Positions 8,562 through 18,539 of a stretch of DNA of 64,000 bases are shown one piece after another (positions within the stretch are counted from its first letter, which is position 1; each line of letters starts with the position of its first letter). Source of the stretch: an uncultured Anaerolinea sp. (GTDB lineage Bacteria; Chloroflexota; Anaerolineae; Anaerolineales; Anaerolineaceae); assembly GCA_964468875.1 (NCBI GenBank), contig CAYXWV010000011.1:303-64302 (forward strand), given 5' to 3'. A program made the translations under genes and the position numbers. The notes under the pieces are model-generated. The model worked only from the letters and a program-made list of their open reading frames with translations, ran no database searches and was not told the DNA's origin.

Positions 8562-10643
8562 ATGACAACAACATCACAAACTTCGTCAACTACATTTAGC
8601 TTGAGAAAACTACTGGGTCGCAAAGACATGGCATTGGCTATTGGTCTTGTCATGATAGTCGCTCTCCTTTTAGTTCCCCTTCCTGCCAGTCTGGTAAATG
8701 TGTTGGTTGTGGTGAATCTAGCGATCTCAATTGGTATTCTTCTTTTGACCATGTATATCAAGCAACCGATGGAATTTTCAGTTTTTCCAACAGTCTTGCT
8801 TTTGGTAACCCTCTTCAGGCTTGGAATTAACATTCGTGCAAGTTATTTGATTTTGCTTGAGGGCAATGCAGGTTCAGTCATATCCACTTTTGGCAATCTG
8901 ATTGTTGGTGGAAACTATGTGGTTGGCGTTGTAATCTTCTTGATCTTGATGATCGTCCAATTCGTTGTAATCAACAGCGGCGCAGGTCGCGTAGCAGAAG
9001 TATCAGCAAGGTTTACTCTTGATGCTATGCCAGGTAAACAACTTTCTATTGATGCAGATTTGAACGCAGGATTAATTGATGAAACCCAAGCACGGGCCCG
9101 CCGCCGTGCAATTGAATCAGAAGCTGATTTTTATGGAGCTATGGATGGTGCCTCAAAGTTCGTCAAAGGAGATTCCATTGCTTCAATTATCATCTTGGTG
9201 GTCAACTTGCTGGGTGGCTTCGTAATTGGTATGCTTCAAAAGAACATGGATGCCATGACTGCGCTCCAAAACTACGCCCTTGTTACCATCGGTGCTGGTT
9301 TGGCAGTTCAAATTCCTGCCCTTCTTGTTTCGGCAGCATCTGCTTTGATTGTCACCAGATCAACTTCCGAAGAATCTCTTGGTACAGATCTCTTTAAGCA
9401 GCTTTCCAATTTCAGTGCTTTAACTGTTGGTGCAGTAATCATGGGCGTCTTGGTTTTCGTTCCCGGAATGCCAAAACTGCCATTTATCATTGTTGGTGGA
9501 GGACTTGGAGCGGCAGCATATTATGTTGGTCTAATAAAGAAAAAAGAACAAGCCTTAATTGCTGCTCCTGAAGTAATTCCGACAACAGAGGCCGAAACAC
9601 CTGAAGATATGCTTGAAATGATTATTATTGATGCCATGGAACTTGAAATCGGGTATAGTCTGATTCCGCTTATCGATGATGAGATGCCTGACAATCTTCT
9701 GAAACGAATTACAGGAATCAGACGTCAGATGATGGCAGAAATTGGTCTTGTATTACCTGTTGTTCGCATTCGTGATAATCTACGCCTCCAACCCCAGGCT
9801 TACCGTATAAAAATCAGAGGTCAAGAAGTTGCTCATGGTGAATTAATGCTTGACCGATTGTTAGCAATTCCCGGCTCAGAAACGGATGAAGAACTCAAAG
9901 GTCTTCAGACAACAGAGCCTGCTTTTGGTTTACCAGCTTTATGGGTAACAGAAGGAGAACGTGGCAGAGCTGAATTGATGGGTTACACAGTTGTCAACCC
10001 GGTCTCTGTCTTATCCACTCACCTGACTGAAGTTGTCCGCTCCCATGCTGCCGAGCTTCTCAACCGTCAAATGGTTCAGGAAATGCTCAATCAACTTAAA
10101 GCCAAGAGCCCTGCATCAGTTGATGGTGTCGTTCCGGATATGATCAGCTTGAGCGAGGTGTTGTCTGTTTTGCGTAACTTGCTTAAAGAGCGTATTCCCA
10201 TTCGTGATTTGGGTGGCATTCTTGAAGTGCTGGCAAACAATGCCAACATCACCCGAGATCCCTCAATTTTGGCAGAAGCAGTTCGCCAGTCGCTGGCAAA
10301 TACGATTTCGAGCTTATACCGCGATGAGACCAATACACTTCATGTCTTTACTTTGTCTCCACAGCTTGAATCTGCTTTACGAAGTTCTCTGGGTTCAAAT
10401 GAAAATGGCGTAGGGTTCCAGATTGATGCTTCTTTAGCCCAACAGATTCTAAACAAAACCGGTGAACAAATGGAAAAAATGGCTGGCGAAGGCAAAATTC
10501 CAGTCTTGTTATGCCCAAGAGAGCTACGGCTGGCATTCCACAAACTTGTTGATTTATCACTTCCTAATCTTATTTGCATGGCATTCTCAGAAGTAAGCGC
10601 AGGAACACGTGTCAAAGCACATGGAATGGTTGAAATAAGCTAA
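8562..10643 (+). CDS. flhA: Flagellar type III export gate protein FlhA
   Basis: 693 aa. TM domain with the FHIPEP-type region (GAGRVAEVSARFTLDAMPGKQLSIDADL) and a large cytoplasmic domain. Confidence 0.95.
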   Translation: MTTTSQTSSTTFSLRKLLGRKDMALAIGLVMIVALLLVPLPASLVNVLVVVNLAISIGILLLTMYIKQPMEFSVFPTVLLLVTLFRLGINIRASYLILLEGNAGSVISTFGNLIVGGNYVVGVVIFLILMIVQFVVINSGAGRVAEVSARFTLDAMPGKQLSIDADLNAGLIDETQARARRRAIESEADFYGAMDGASKFVKGDSIASIIILVVNLLGGFVIGMLQKNMDAMTALQNYALVTIGAGLAVQIPALLVSAASALIVTRSTSEESLGTDLFKQLSNFSALTVGAVIMGVLVFVPGMPKLPFIIVGGGLGAAAYYVGLIKKKEQALIAAPEVIPTTEAETPEDMLEMIIIDAMELEIGYSLIPLIDDEMPDNLLKRITGIRRQMMAEIGLVLPVVRIRDNLRLQPQAYRIKIRGQEVAHGELMLDRLLAIPGSETDEELKGLQTTEPAFGLPALWVTEGERGRAELMGYTVVNPVSVLSTHLTEVVRSHAAELLNRQMVQEMLNQLKAKSPASVDGVVPDMISLSEVLSVLRNLLKERIPIRDLGGILEVLANNANITRDPSILAEAVRQSLANTISSLYRDETNTLHVFTLSPQLESALRSSLGSNENGVGFQIDASLAQQILNKTGEQMEKMAGEGKIPVLLCPRELRLAFHKLVDLSLPNLICMAFSEVSAGTRVKAHGMVEIS

Positions 10644-10653
10644 GGAAAACAAT

Positions 10654-11940
10654 ATGTTTACGAAAACGTTTCGCGCTCCAAATATGTTAACTGCTCTTCA
10701 AAATGTACGCGCCGAATTTGGTTCCGACGCAATGATTATCTCCATGAGAGAAATTCCATCAGGTTCAATCTGGGCCGCATGGAGAAAGCCTGGCGTTGAA
10801 GTAATTGCTTCTAAAGCTGATCACTCTGAAGTAAACCAAGAAGTCACAAAAACAATACCTAGAACATATAAGCCCAATTCTGATGAGTTGAAACAAGAAA
10901 TTGAAAATCTAAAAACACTTATTGCTGGTCAGAAACCTGATTTCAATACTAAATCCAAGACACATATTCCTAATGGGAAGGAACAAATCAATTCGGTTGG
11001 CGAAGAAAGCCATTTTGATATGGCTGATTTCAAAGAAATAAAGGATCCGTTCCAACTCCTTCAAGAGAACACTGAGAGTAATCATCCTAAATCAGTTGCA
11101 AAACCAATATCAGAGCTTAAGCAAAATAAAAATAACGCCGATCTTCCACAACGATTACTAGAAATAAAACAACGACTTGTTTCACAGGGTGTCAATATAG
11201 ATTTTATTGAAAGAATGATCAACACCAATATCGAAGCATTAAGCCCTTCAATCTTGAATGATTATGTTCGTCTTGAGCGGTTTATTAAACATCAATTAAG
11301 TGCTTCTCTCCCGTCATACCGAAAATCTCTTGCCTTTGTGCCAAGTAGAATAATGGCATTAACCGGTATGAGTGGCAGTGGAAAAACTTCCTGTTGCGCA
11401 AAAATTGCGTCGTTTTATATGATCAAGCTGGGGAAAAAAGTGGTCTGGATTGAAGCTGATACTGTTAGAACATCGGCAATCTCAGAAGCAAGAACTTATA
11501 CAGAAACTCTAGGTATCCCTCTTTTCCTGGCCTATACGCCACAAGAATTATCAGAATTGATCGAATCACAGAAAGACGCCGATTTAATTCTCATTGACAC
11601 AGCTAGCTGTAACCCCCGAAATGAAGACTCAGTTGTAGAGTTGGGTTCATATTTATCGCAGATTCCCTCGGGCAGTATTTATTTTGTTGCCTCTGCAACT
11701 ACTAAAGAACAAGACCTTATTCAAGCAGAAAAGACATTTAAACAGTTCGGTATGAAAGGCATCATTCTTACAAAAATGGATGAAACCGGAACATTTGGTG
11801 ATGCTTACAATCTTCTCTGCCAATCCAAACTGCCGCTTCACTTTTTTACCACTGGGAACAAAATCTTTGGAAATCTCAAACCCGGAACACCTGAATTGAT
11901 GGCTGAAGCAGTCATGTCTGGTGAATTTCTTACTGACTAG
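10654..11940 (+). CDS. flhF: Flagellar biosynthesis SRP-type GTPase FlhF
   Basis: C-terminal NG domain with GMSGSGKTS (G1), LIDTAS (G3) and LTKMDET (G4). It lies directly after flhA. Confidence 0.85.
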   Translation: MFTKTFRAPNMLTALQNVRAEFGSDAMIISMREIPSGSIWAAWRKPGVEVIASKADHSEVNQEVTKTIPRTYKPNSDELKQEIENLKTLIAGQKPDFNTKSKTHIPNGKEQINSVGEESHFDMADFKEIKDPFQLLQENTESNHPKSVAKPISELKQNKNNADLPQRLLEIKQRLVSQGVNIDFIERMINTNIEALSPSILNDYVRLERFIKHQLSASLPSYRKSLAFVPSRIMALTGMSGSGKTSCCAKIASFYMIKLGKKVVWIEADTVRTSAISEARTYTETLGIPLFLAYTPQELSELIESQKDADLILIDTASCNPRNEDSVVELGSYLSQIPSGSIYFVASATTKEQDLIQAEKTFKQFGMKGIILTKMDETGTFGDAYNLLCQSKLPLHFFTTGNKIFGNLKPGTPELMAEAVMSGEFLTD

Positions 11941-11950
11941 GATGTAAAAA

Positions 11951-12277
11951 ATGCCTAAAAATTCATCTCATCCTCAAGTGCACAATCTACATAGGAATGG
12001 AAACTTACCAGTTCTAATGGAGTCGGTTTTTACGTTAACTAAATTGACTGTTGCTCTTGTAGGCATTATCGTAATGATAATCACTTTTCTTAATGGCAAT
12101 CCATATTGGGTAGCCATGTTGCGTGGAGGCATTACTGTCCTTTCTTTGGGTTTATTAGGCTGGTTTATTTCATGGTTTACATCAAAAGGAGTAATACAAT
12201 CAGCCCGTGAAATGCTAAAGGAAGCCGAAGAAAACGAAGCTGAATTTACCGGAAACTCAATGGATGCTGAAGTCTGA
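11951..12277 (+). CDS. Hypothetical small membrane protein (two TM segments, acidic tail)
   Basis: 108 aa. Hydrophobic segments LTVALVGIIVMIITFL and ITVLSLGLLGWFISWF. Its stop overlaps the fliA start (TGATG). No family recognised. It occupies the slot usually held by flhG. Confidence 0.45.
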   Translation: MPKNSSHPQVHNLHRNGNLPVLMESVFTLTKLTVALVGIIVMIITFLNGNPYWVAMLRGGITVLSLGLLGWFISWFTSKGVIQSAREMLKEAEENEAEFTGNSMDAEV

Positions 12278-13044
12278 TGGATATAATAAGTACAAACACC
12301 AAACAAGCTCAAGATATTGATTTGTTGAATCAATTTCTTTCAACAAGATCTCCCGCAATTCGTGAAGAACTTGTCTTGAGACATGTTTCCTTAATCCACT
12401 ATGTTTTAGGAAGGCTTGGCGTCTCTACAGAAATAGGAATGGATTATGAAGACCTTGTTCATCAGGGGCTGTTAGGGCTAATAGATGCCATAGATCGCTA
12501 CAACCCTGAATTTGGTACGCAATTCTCAACATACGCCACAGTACGTATTCGCGGTAAAGTACTTGATTATTTACGTTCAATGGATTGGCTTTCACGAACA
12601 GCACGACATCGCTCAAAAAGCATTCAAAAAGCAATTCAGTCACTGACCAAACAAACCAATATTCCCCCTAATGAAAAAGAGATATCAGAATATCTTGGAA
12701 TTGATATAGACAAGGTTCATCAAGGTTTGTTGGATTCCAACAAAATGATTGTTTCACTTGATGCCTTAATTAATAATGATGAAGAGAATGAAAATTCACT
12801 TTACGACACACTGGCAGATGATAGCCAGGCAGATCCCGCTGACATCACGACTGAAAATGACATGAAAGCCCGTCTACTAACCAGTTTAAAAAAGTTGCCC
12901 GAACGAGATCAATTGGTTTTATCACTTTATTACTTTGAGGAATTGACATTGAAAGAGATAGGCAAAGTATTGGAGGTTTCAGAATCCAGAGCATGCCAAA
13001 TTCATGCCCAGGCAATTCTGAACCTTCAAGCCCTTCTATCTTAA
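12277..13044 (+). CDS. fliA: Flagellar sigma factor FliA (sigma-28)
   Basis: 255 aa. Region 2 (FSTYATVRIRGKVLDYLR) and region 4 HTH (LTLKEIGKVLEVSESRACQIHAQA). Position is downstream of flhF. Confidence 0.9.
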   Translation: MDIISTNTKQAQDIDLLNQFLSTRSPAIREELVLRHVSLIHYVLGRLGVSTEIGMDYEDLVHQGLLGLIDAIDRYNPEFGTQFSTYATVRIRGKVLDYLRSMDWLSRTARHRSKSIQKAIQSLTKQTNIPPNEKEISEYLGIDIDKVHQGLLDSNKMIVSLDALINNDEENENSLYDTLADDSQADPADITTENDMKARLLTSLKKLPERDQLVLSLYYFEELTLKEIGKVLEVSESRACQIHAQAILNLQALLS

Positions 13045-13053
13045 GGAGAGAAT

Positions 13054-13479
13054 ATGACTAACTCTATCCCCGGCTTACTTAACGATACTCTAAACCTTGT
13101 CTCTCTGGCTCGTGAAACAGCGCTGGTTATGGGCAAGAATACACAGGCTCAAAAACTAACACCAGTAGTTGAAGAGTTAAGAACCGCAGTAACAACAGCA
13201 AAAAACCCTAATACAGTAGAAAAAAATGCCATTCCAACAGGCATGATGGCTCAAAATGACTTTCAGACTCTCCTTTCTGCCGCAAAAAATACTGCTCCTG
13301 CTGAAAGAACAATCCCTAATTTGGCTATCAATGAAAGAAATTCAATTGTACGAGCAATGGCTGCAGGAAATATGACTGATGTCGATATTGCCAGACAATT
13401 AGGCATGACCCGTGACGAAGTTGGTTTGGTTTTAAACATAAGCAACGCTTCTTCTACAAATGTGGAGGTGAAAAAATGA
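13054..13479 (+). CDS. Hypothetical protein with C-terminal HTH-like segment
   Basis: 141 aa. The C-terminus has MTDVDIARQLGMTRDEVGLVL. The stop overlaps the next gene's start (ATGA at 13476). No family recognised. Confidence 0.4.
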   Translation: MTNSIPGLLNDTLNLVSLARETALVMGKNTQAQKLTPVVEELRTAVTTAKNPNTVEKNAIPTGMMAQNDFQTLLSAAKNTAPAERTIPNLAINERNSIVRAMAAGNMTDVDIARQLGMTRDEVGLVLNISNASSTNVEVKK

Positions 13480-14231
13480 TCAAGGGCTTATATTCAGCAG
13501 CTTCTGCTATGATTACTGGTGTTTATAGACAACAAGCAGTTGCCCATGATATTGCAAACATAGACACCCCCGGGTTCAAACAAATTCTGACCTCATTGGA
13601 AGACTTTGACGAAACCTATTCATTTACCCAACAGATGTCGAATTCAAATAATTCGCCTTCCTATTTAGGCATTCTTGGTCTTGGAGTCATGGCATCACAA
13701 GAAACCAATGATTTCAGCCAAGGCAATTTGAAATTAACTGAAAGCGACTTGGACTTTGCCATTGACGGTCAAGGTTTTTTCAAAATCCAAACTCCAGATG
13801 GTGTTCGATATACCAGAGATGGACGTTTCAGCAAAGACGCCTCAGGTCAATTGGTTAATGTTGATGGTTACTTTGTTCTTTCTGATGGAAATCAAAAAAT
13901 TACACTTCCAGAAGGCGAAATAAATGTGTCAGATGATGGCACCATATACGTTAATGGAGCTTCCTCTGCCAAAATCGGTTTGGCGACCTTTACCGACCTA
14001 ACCACTCTCACCCGCAGCGGAGATAATTCATTTATTTCAACGTCCACACCGGCTACTACAGGCGGAGGAATAGTGTTGCAGAACACACTGGAACAATCCA
14101 ATGTTGATAGTGCAAGATTAATGACCCAAATGATTGAAATTTCACGTTCCTATCAAGCCGCACAACAGATGGTTCAAAACCAGGATGAACTCCTCGGGAA
14201 AACAATAGCAACTCTTGGTAGAGTAAGTTAA
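13476..14231 (+). CDS. flgF: Flagellar basal-body rod protein (FlgF/FlhO-like)
   Basis: N-terminus MIKGLYSAASAMITGVYRQQAVAHDIANIDTPGFK and C-terminus LEQSNVDSARLMTQMIEISRSYQAAQQMV are typical rod-family termini. Confidence 0.8.
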   Translation: MIKGLYSAASAMITGVYRQQAVAHDIANIDTPGFKQILTSLEDFDETYSFTQQMSNSNNSPSYLGILGLGVMASQETNDFSQGNLKLTESDLDFAIDGQGFFKIQTPDGVRYTRDGRFSKDASGQLVNVDGYFVLSDGNQKITLPEGEINVSDDGTIYVNGASSAKIGLATFTDLTTLTRSGDNSFISTSTPATTGGGIVLQNTLEQSNVDSARLMTQMIEISRSYQAAQQMVQNQDELLGKTIATLGRVS

Positions 14232-14248
14232 TAAGAAAGCGAGAAGAT

Positions 14249-14989
14249 ATGTCCCCTTCCCTGTTTCAAGTTCTAAACATTTCAAGCCAGGATATGAATT
14301 CACGTGTTGAAGACCTTGGCAACTCAAGCAATGCTCTGGCAAACACCAAAACAACCGGATACAAAACTTCAAGGTTGAATTTTCAGGAGCTATTGGAAGA
14401 CGCTGATCGATCTGGATGTAAAACAAGCTCTTCACAGATCATTTCTACTCAGGGAAAACTTGAATCTACCGGAATCCCTACTGATGTTGCGATTAATGGT
14501 GATGGTTTTTTCTCCGTTACACTCCCTGATGGAAAAATAGGTTATACCCGAGACGGCTCCTTTACATTGGATGTCAGTCGAAAATTGCTCACATCTGGTG
14601 GTTACTCGGTCGTTTTCCAAGGGACGATTCCACCAACAGCCTCAGAAGTTACAATTGACAATTATGGCACGATATCTGCATTGGTTGATAATACCTGGGT
14701 GAAAGCTGGAACGATCCAGCTTTCAAGATTTACTAACCCGGGTGGTTTATCTAACATCGGTAACAACCTTTATACAGAAAGTGCCAACTCTGGTAAAGCA
14801 CAGGTCGGCAATCCTGGTGCTATAAATTTTGGCGTTTTGGTGCCAAGTACACTGGAGAGTTCCAATGTGAACATTGCTGATGAAATGACGCATATGATTG
14901 TTATTCAAAGGTCATTTCAAATGGCTTCAAGGGCATTTTCAACCACAGCTGAGATGATTGATAGTGCAATCCGTCTTAGAAAAGGTTAA
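14249..14989 (+). CDS. flgG: Flagellar distal rod protein FlgG
   Basis: NALANTKTTGYKTSRLNFQELL at the N-terminus, FTNPGGLSNIGNNLY, and C-terminal LESSNVNIADEMTHMIVIQRSFQMASRAF. Confidence 0.85.
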   Translation: MSPSLFQVLNISSQDMNSRVEDLGNSSNALANTKTTGYKTSRLNFQELLEDADRSGCKTSSSQIISTQGKLESTGIPTDVAINGDGFFSVTLPDGKIGYTRDGSFTLDVSRKLLTSGGYSVVFQGTIPPTASEVTIDNYGTISALVDNTWVKAGTIQLSRFTNPGGLSNIGNNLYTESANSGKAQVGNPGAINFGVLVPSTLESSNVNIADEMTHMIVIQRSFQMASRAFSTTAEMIDSAIRLRKG

Positions 14990-15013
14990 AGTTCTACAAA
15001 AAGGTGCCGATGA
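14986..15013 (+). promoter_or_regulatory. Sigma-28-type promoter upstream of flgM
   Basis: TTAAAG-N14-GCCGATGA. The -35 element overlaps the flgG stop codon. The -10 element ends 50 nt before the flgM ATG. The same motif recurs at three minus-strand sites. Confidence 0.55.
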
Positions 15014-15062
15014 TAAGAGTACAGGTTGATGTAAATTTGCCCTTAAAGTCGGAGGTAGTGAA

Positions 15063-15362
15063 ATGAAAATAGAAAACAACAATATTAATAGTGCTTCATT
15101 CAATAAAGCAGAAGGCGCCCAAAAGGTTGAAAAACTTCAATCTTCTGCTGTAGAGAACAATGCCTCTGTAAATAAGAAAGATAAAGCAGAACTCTCAGAC
15201 CAGGCGCGATTGCTTTCCAAAGCCCGCGCAGCTATGGACGGGGTTTCTGATATCGATCAAGCCAAGGTTGACGAAATTAAAGCCAAGGTTGACAAGGGAG
15301 AATACAAAATTCCCTTTGAGCAACTAGCAAACAATCTACTTTCCAAACTTGGCCTGAATTAA
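15063..15362 (+). CDS. flgM: Anti-sigma-28 factor FlgM
   Basis: 99 aa. The C-terminus KVDEIKAKVDKGEYKIPFEQLANNLL is the FlgM signature. The RBS is GGAGG. Confidence 0.85.
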   Translation: MKIENNNINSASFNKAEGAQKVEKLQSSAVENNASVNKKDKAELSDQARLLSKARAAMDGVSDIDQAKVDEIKAKVDKGEYKIPFEQLANNLLSKLGLN

Positions 15363-15389
15363 TCAACCTGTGATGATTAGGATGGGCAA

Positions 15390-15911
15390 ATGGACCACAA
15401 CCCGCAAGTACAAGATCTCCTAAATTCATTGGAGAATGTCTTAGTTCAAGAATTTCGCACTTTACAATCGCTGATTGTCGCAACAAAACAGGAAAGGGTT
15501 CTTCTCAATAAAAAGGATCCTGATTCTATCATGCTGATTGTTGAAGAAAAAGAAGGGCTTCTCGATCAGTTTGGTCTTCTTGAAGAAAAACGCAGAACTC
15601 TGATTTCATCCATTGCCAGCGATTTAAACATTAAACTTTCCAAAGCCACAATCAATGAGCTATTTGTCGGTCTTGATTCTATTGAATCAGACCGTTTACA
15701 GCGATTAATAGATGGAATATCCATGCTTGTTCAACAAGCAAAAGACCTTAATTATGGAAACCAGGCTTTAGCCAGAACAGCATTGGATTGGTTAATTTCA
15801 GCACAATCATTTTTGCTAAATTTGACCGCTCCTTCAGAAGAATATGCACCGCCAGGGGCAAAACCTTCACTGGAGCGAATGCCCTATAGTGACCTCGGTA
15901 TGAAAGTATAA
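15390..15911 (+). CDS. flgN: FlgN-like flagellar export chaperone
   Basis: 173 aa helical protein. The N-terminal LLNSLENVLVQEFRTLQSLIVATKQERVLL pattern and its position between flgM and flgK support the call. Confidence 0.6.
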   Translation: MDHNPQVQDLLNSLENVLVQEFRTLQSLIVATKQERVLLNKKDPDSIMLIVEEKEGLLDQFGLLEEKRRTLISSIASDLNIKLSKATINELFVGLDSIESDRLQRLIDGISMLVQQAKDLNYGNQALARTALDWLISAQSFLLNLTAPSEEYAPPGAKPSLERMPYSDLGMKV

Positions 15912-15919
15912 AGTTTACT

Positions 15920-17317
15920 ATGACCAATTTGCTTTCAAGCATAAACGTAGCATTAAGTGCCCTACTAAGTCATTCGCAGGCGACTACGATTTATGAGCAT
16001 AATGTTGCAAATGTTAACACAGAAGGATATCACCGACAGCAAGCGGTGGTATCAGCAGGACCAGCAGTTTCATTATCCAATTCTTATTATGGCACTGGTG
16101 TTGGCCAAATGGGATCTGGTGTTTACGTAACCTCAATTAAGCGCTACGCCGTTGATTTTTATAACATCAGATATCGAGCTGAAAATCAGGAATCTTCTAA
16201 ATACTCTACACAAGCTACTATTTTAGCTGAACTTGAAGCTACACTTGCAGAGACCAGTACCAATGGCTTGCTTCCAAAATTGGATGATTTCTTCGTTCAA
16301 TGGGGTGAGGCTGCCAGCAACCCTACCGATTTAAGTGTCAGAAGAGAATTGCTTGATAGGTCAAAAGCATTGGCAAGTGCCTTTAACTCACGTTACGAAC
16401 AAATTTACGCTATCCGATCAGAGCAAGATTTATCCATTAGTCAAAAAGTCGAAGAAATAAATATTTTGGCTGACAAAATCTCCAACCTAAACCGAGAAAT
16501 TTCACGGATTTTATCAGTTGGTGATTCGCCAAACGACCTATTGGATGCAAGAGATCAGGCTTTAGATAGGTTGTCTGAATTAGCAGGCGCATCTTCGTAT
16601 AAAGAACTTAATGGAGAAGTAAGTGTTTCCATCGGCGGTCATATTTTGGTTGGTGGTCATGAGAGTTATCCGCTTCACACAGAAATAGATACATCAAATA
16701 ACAATCTGACAAAAATTGTATGGTCAGATGGAAAACCAATGACACCCACATCTGGAGAAATTGCCGGAGTCATGGCAGCACGAGATGTTTTCCAATCTCA
16801 ACTTGATGGATTAAACAGTTTGGCAGTTAATCTACGCGATTCTGTCAACACAATACATCTTACTGGTTTTGGGCTTGATGGTACAACCAATGAAAACTTT
16901 TTCGTTGGAACTGATGCTGGTAATTTTGCTGTAAATATTGTTTTGGATGATGTTGAGAAAATTGGTTTATCTTCAGTTACTGGTGAAGCAGGCAATTCAG
17001 ATATTGCAACTTCCCTATTCGATTTGCGCAATTCGAAAACAATGAACTCAAATACGTCCACTTTTTACCAATACTACAATGATCAAGTTGCTCAACTTGG
17101 TTTGTCAGTAAAGAGAGCTCAATCAGACTCCAAAAATCACCAACTCGTTGCCGAAGCTTTACTGACACAGCGTGATTCAGTATCTGGTGTAAATCTGAAT
17201 GAAGAAGCAGCTAACATTGTAAAGTCTCAAAAAGCATACGAGGCAGCTGCCAGGTTGGTGAGTACAATTGATGAAATGCTAGATACCGTCATTAACCGTA
17301 TGGGTGCCGGTAGATAG
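15920..17317 (+). CDS. flgK: Hook-associated protein 1 FlgK
   Basis: N-terminus LSSINVALSALLSHSQATTIYEHNVANVNTEGY and C-terminus VSGVNLNEEAANIVKSQKAYEAAARLV. Confidence 0.9.
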   Translation: MTNLLSSINVALSALLSHSQATTIYEHNVANVNTEGYHRQQAVVSAGPAVSLSNSYYGTGVGQMGSGVYVTSIKRYAVDFYNIRYRAENQESSKYSTQATILAELEATLAETSTNGLLPKLDDFFVQWGEAASNPTDLSVRRELLDRSKALASAFNSRYEQIYAIRSEQDLSISQKVEEINILADKISNLNREISRILSVGDSPNDLLDARDQALDRLSELAGASSYKELNGEVSVSIGGHILVGGHESYPLHTEIDTSNNNLTKIVWSDGKPMTPTSGEIAGVMAARDVFQSQLDGLNSLAVNLRDSVNTIHLTGFGLDGTTNENFFVGTDAGNFAVNIVLDDVEKIGLSSVTGEAGNSDIATSLFDLRNSKTMNSNTSTFYQYYNDQVAQLGLSVKRAQSDSKNHQLVAEALLTQRDSVSGVNLNEEAANIVKSQKAYEAAARLVSTIDEMLDTVINRMGAGR

Positions 17318-17329
17318 GACAGGTGAATT

Positions 17330-18220
17330 ATGAGAGTTCCAGACAGTGTCAGTTACCGCACGGCTATACGCTATATGGAAGAAGCCAAGTATCAACTTGA
17401 TAAACTTGGTGAAAGAGTCTCAAGTAAAAAGAATTTCTCAAAATCTTCTGATGACCCCAGTTTGGTATCTTCTTCTCTTGTTTTACGATCTAGCATCAAT
17501 GCGAGTAATGCATACATTTCATCAAGTGAAAAAGCCCAATCATGGATGCAAGAAACCGAGAGTGCATTCAGCTTGATGAACGATCTGATTACAAAGGCAA
17601 ACACAATCATGTTACAAGGTATCACTGATACCACTGATGCAGATCAAAGGGTAAACGATTACGCGGTTCAGATTGGACAAATTATTAACCAAGCGATTAC
17701 TGTCGCAAATACTTCTTACCAAGATAATTACATCTTTGCAGGTACCAATATTCAAACGAAACCATTTGCTTTGGCAGCGGATGGCAGCGCAATTAATGCT
17801 GATATTGATACTACTGGAGGAATGAACCGAACAATTGCTCCCGGTGTTACCGTCAAGATCAATACCGATGGTGTAGCAGCTTTTGATCAATTCTTCGATG
17901 CACTCATCCTTGCAAAACATGGTTTGGAAAATAATGATTACACTGAGATGAACTCAGCTCTTGCGAACATTCAATCGTCCTTATCTACCATGAATCAATT
18001 TCGAACGAACAACGCAGCAATTCTCAAACAACTAGATACCAACATCGAACACCTTGAGACAACTCAATATGAATTAAAAGGCTTGTTGTCAATCAAGGAA
18101 GATGCCAATATGGCAGAAGCAATTTCAATGTATAATCTTCAACAGACTACTTATCAGACTGTTCTTGATGTCAGCGCGAGGGCTGTTTCAGCTCTGAATT
18201 TGTTTGATGTCTTATCATAA
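17330..18220 (+). CDS. flgL: Hook-associated protein 3 FlgL
   Basis: 296 aa flagellin-like termini (RVPDSVSYRTAIRYM...; ...AEAISMYNLQQTTYQTVLDVSARAV). It follows flgK. Confidence 0.85.
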   Translation: MRVPDSVSYRTAIRYMEEAKYQLDKLGERVSSKKNFSKSSDDPSLVSSSLVLRSSINASNAYISSSEKAQSWMQETESAFSLMNDLITKANTIMLQGITDTTDADQRVNDYAVQIGQIINQAITVANTSYQDNYIFAGTNIQTKPFALAADGSAINADIDTTGGMNRTIAPGVTVKINTDGVAAFDQFFDALILAKHGLENNDYTEMNSALANIQSSLSTMNQFRTNNAAILKQLDTNIEHLETTQYELKGLLSIKEDANMAEAISMYNLQQTTYQTVLDVSARAVSALNLFDVLS

Positions 18221-18233
18221 AGGTTAACCCATT

Positions 18234-18539
18234 ATGCTGGTATTATCACGCCGGGCAAATGAAAGAATCAATATAGGTGATGACATCTTCATTACCGTTC
18301 TTGGCGTTGAGGGCGACAAAGTCAAAATTGGAATTTCAGCCCCAAAAGAAATTACTATCCTTCGAGGAGAGATTTTTGATGCAGTCCGAGAACAAGAAAA
18401 AGTAAAAGCCCTGCTCTCGCAGGGAATTGAACCTGATTCATTTAAAGATTTACGAGAGTTGTTGTCTTCTGAATATCAAACGGAAGAACCTATTTTTCTT
18501 GAGCCTTCAACCGCAGATACGCCTGTTCAGACAAAATGA
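18234..18539 (+). CDS. csrA: Carbon storage/translation regulator CsrA with long C-terminal extension
   Basis: MLVLSRRANERINIGDDIFITVLGVEGDKVKIGISAPKEITILRGEI is the canonical CsrA core. The ORF continues to 101 aa. Confidence 0.9.
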   Translation: MLVLSRRANERINIGDDIFITVLGVEGDKVKIGISAPKEITILRGEIFDAVREQEKVKALLSQGIEPDSFKDLRELLSSEYQTEEPIFLEPSTADTPVQTK

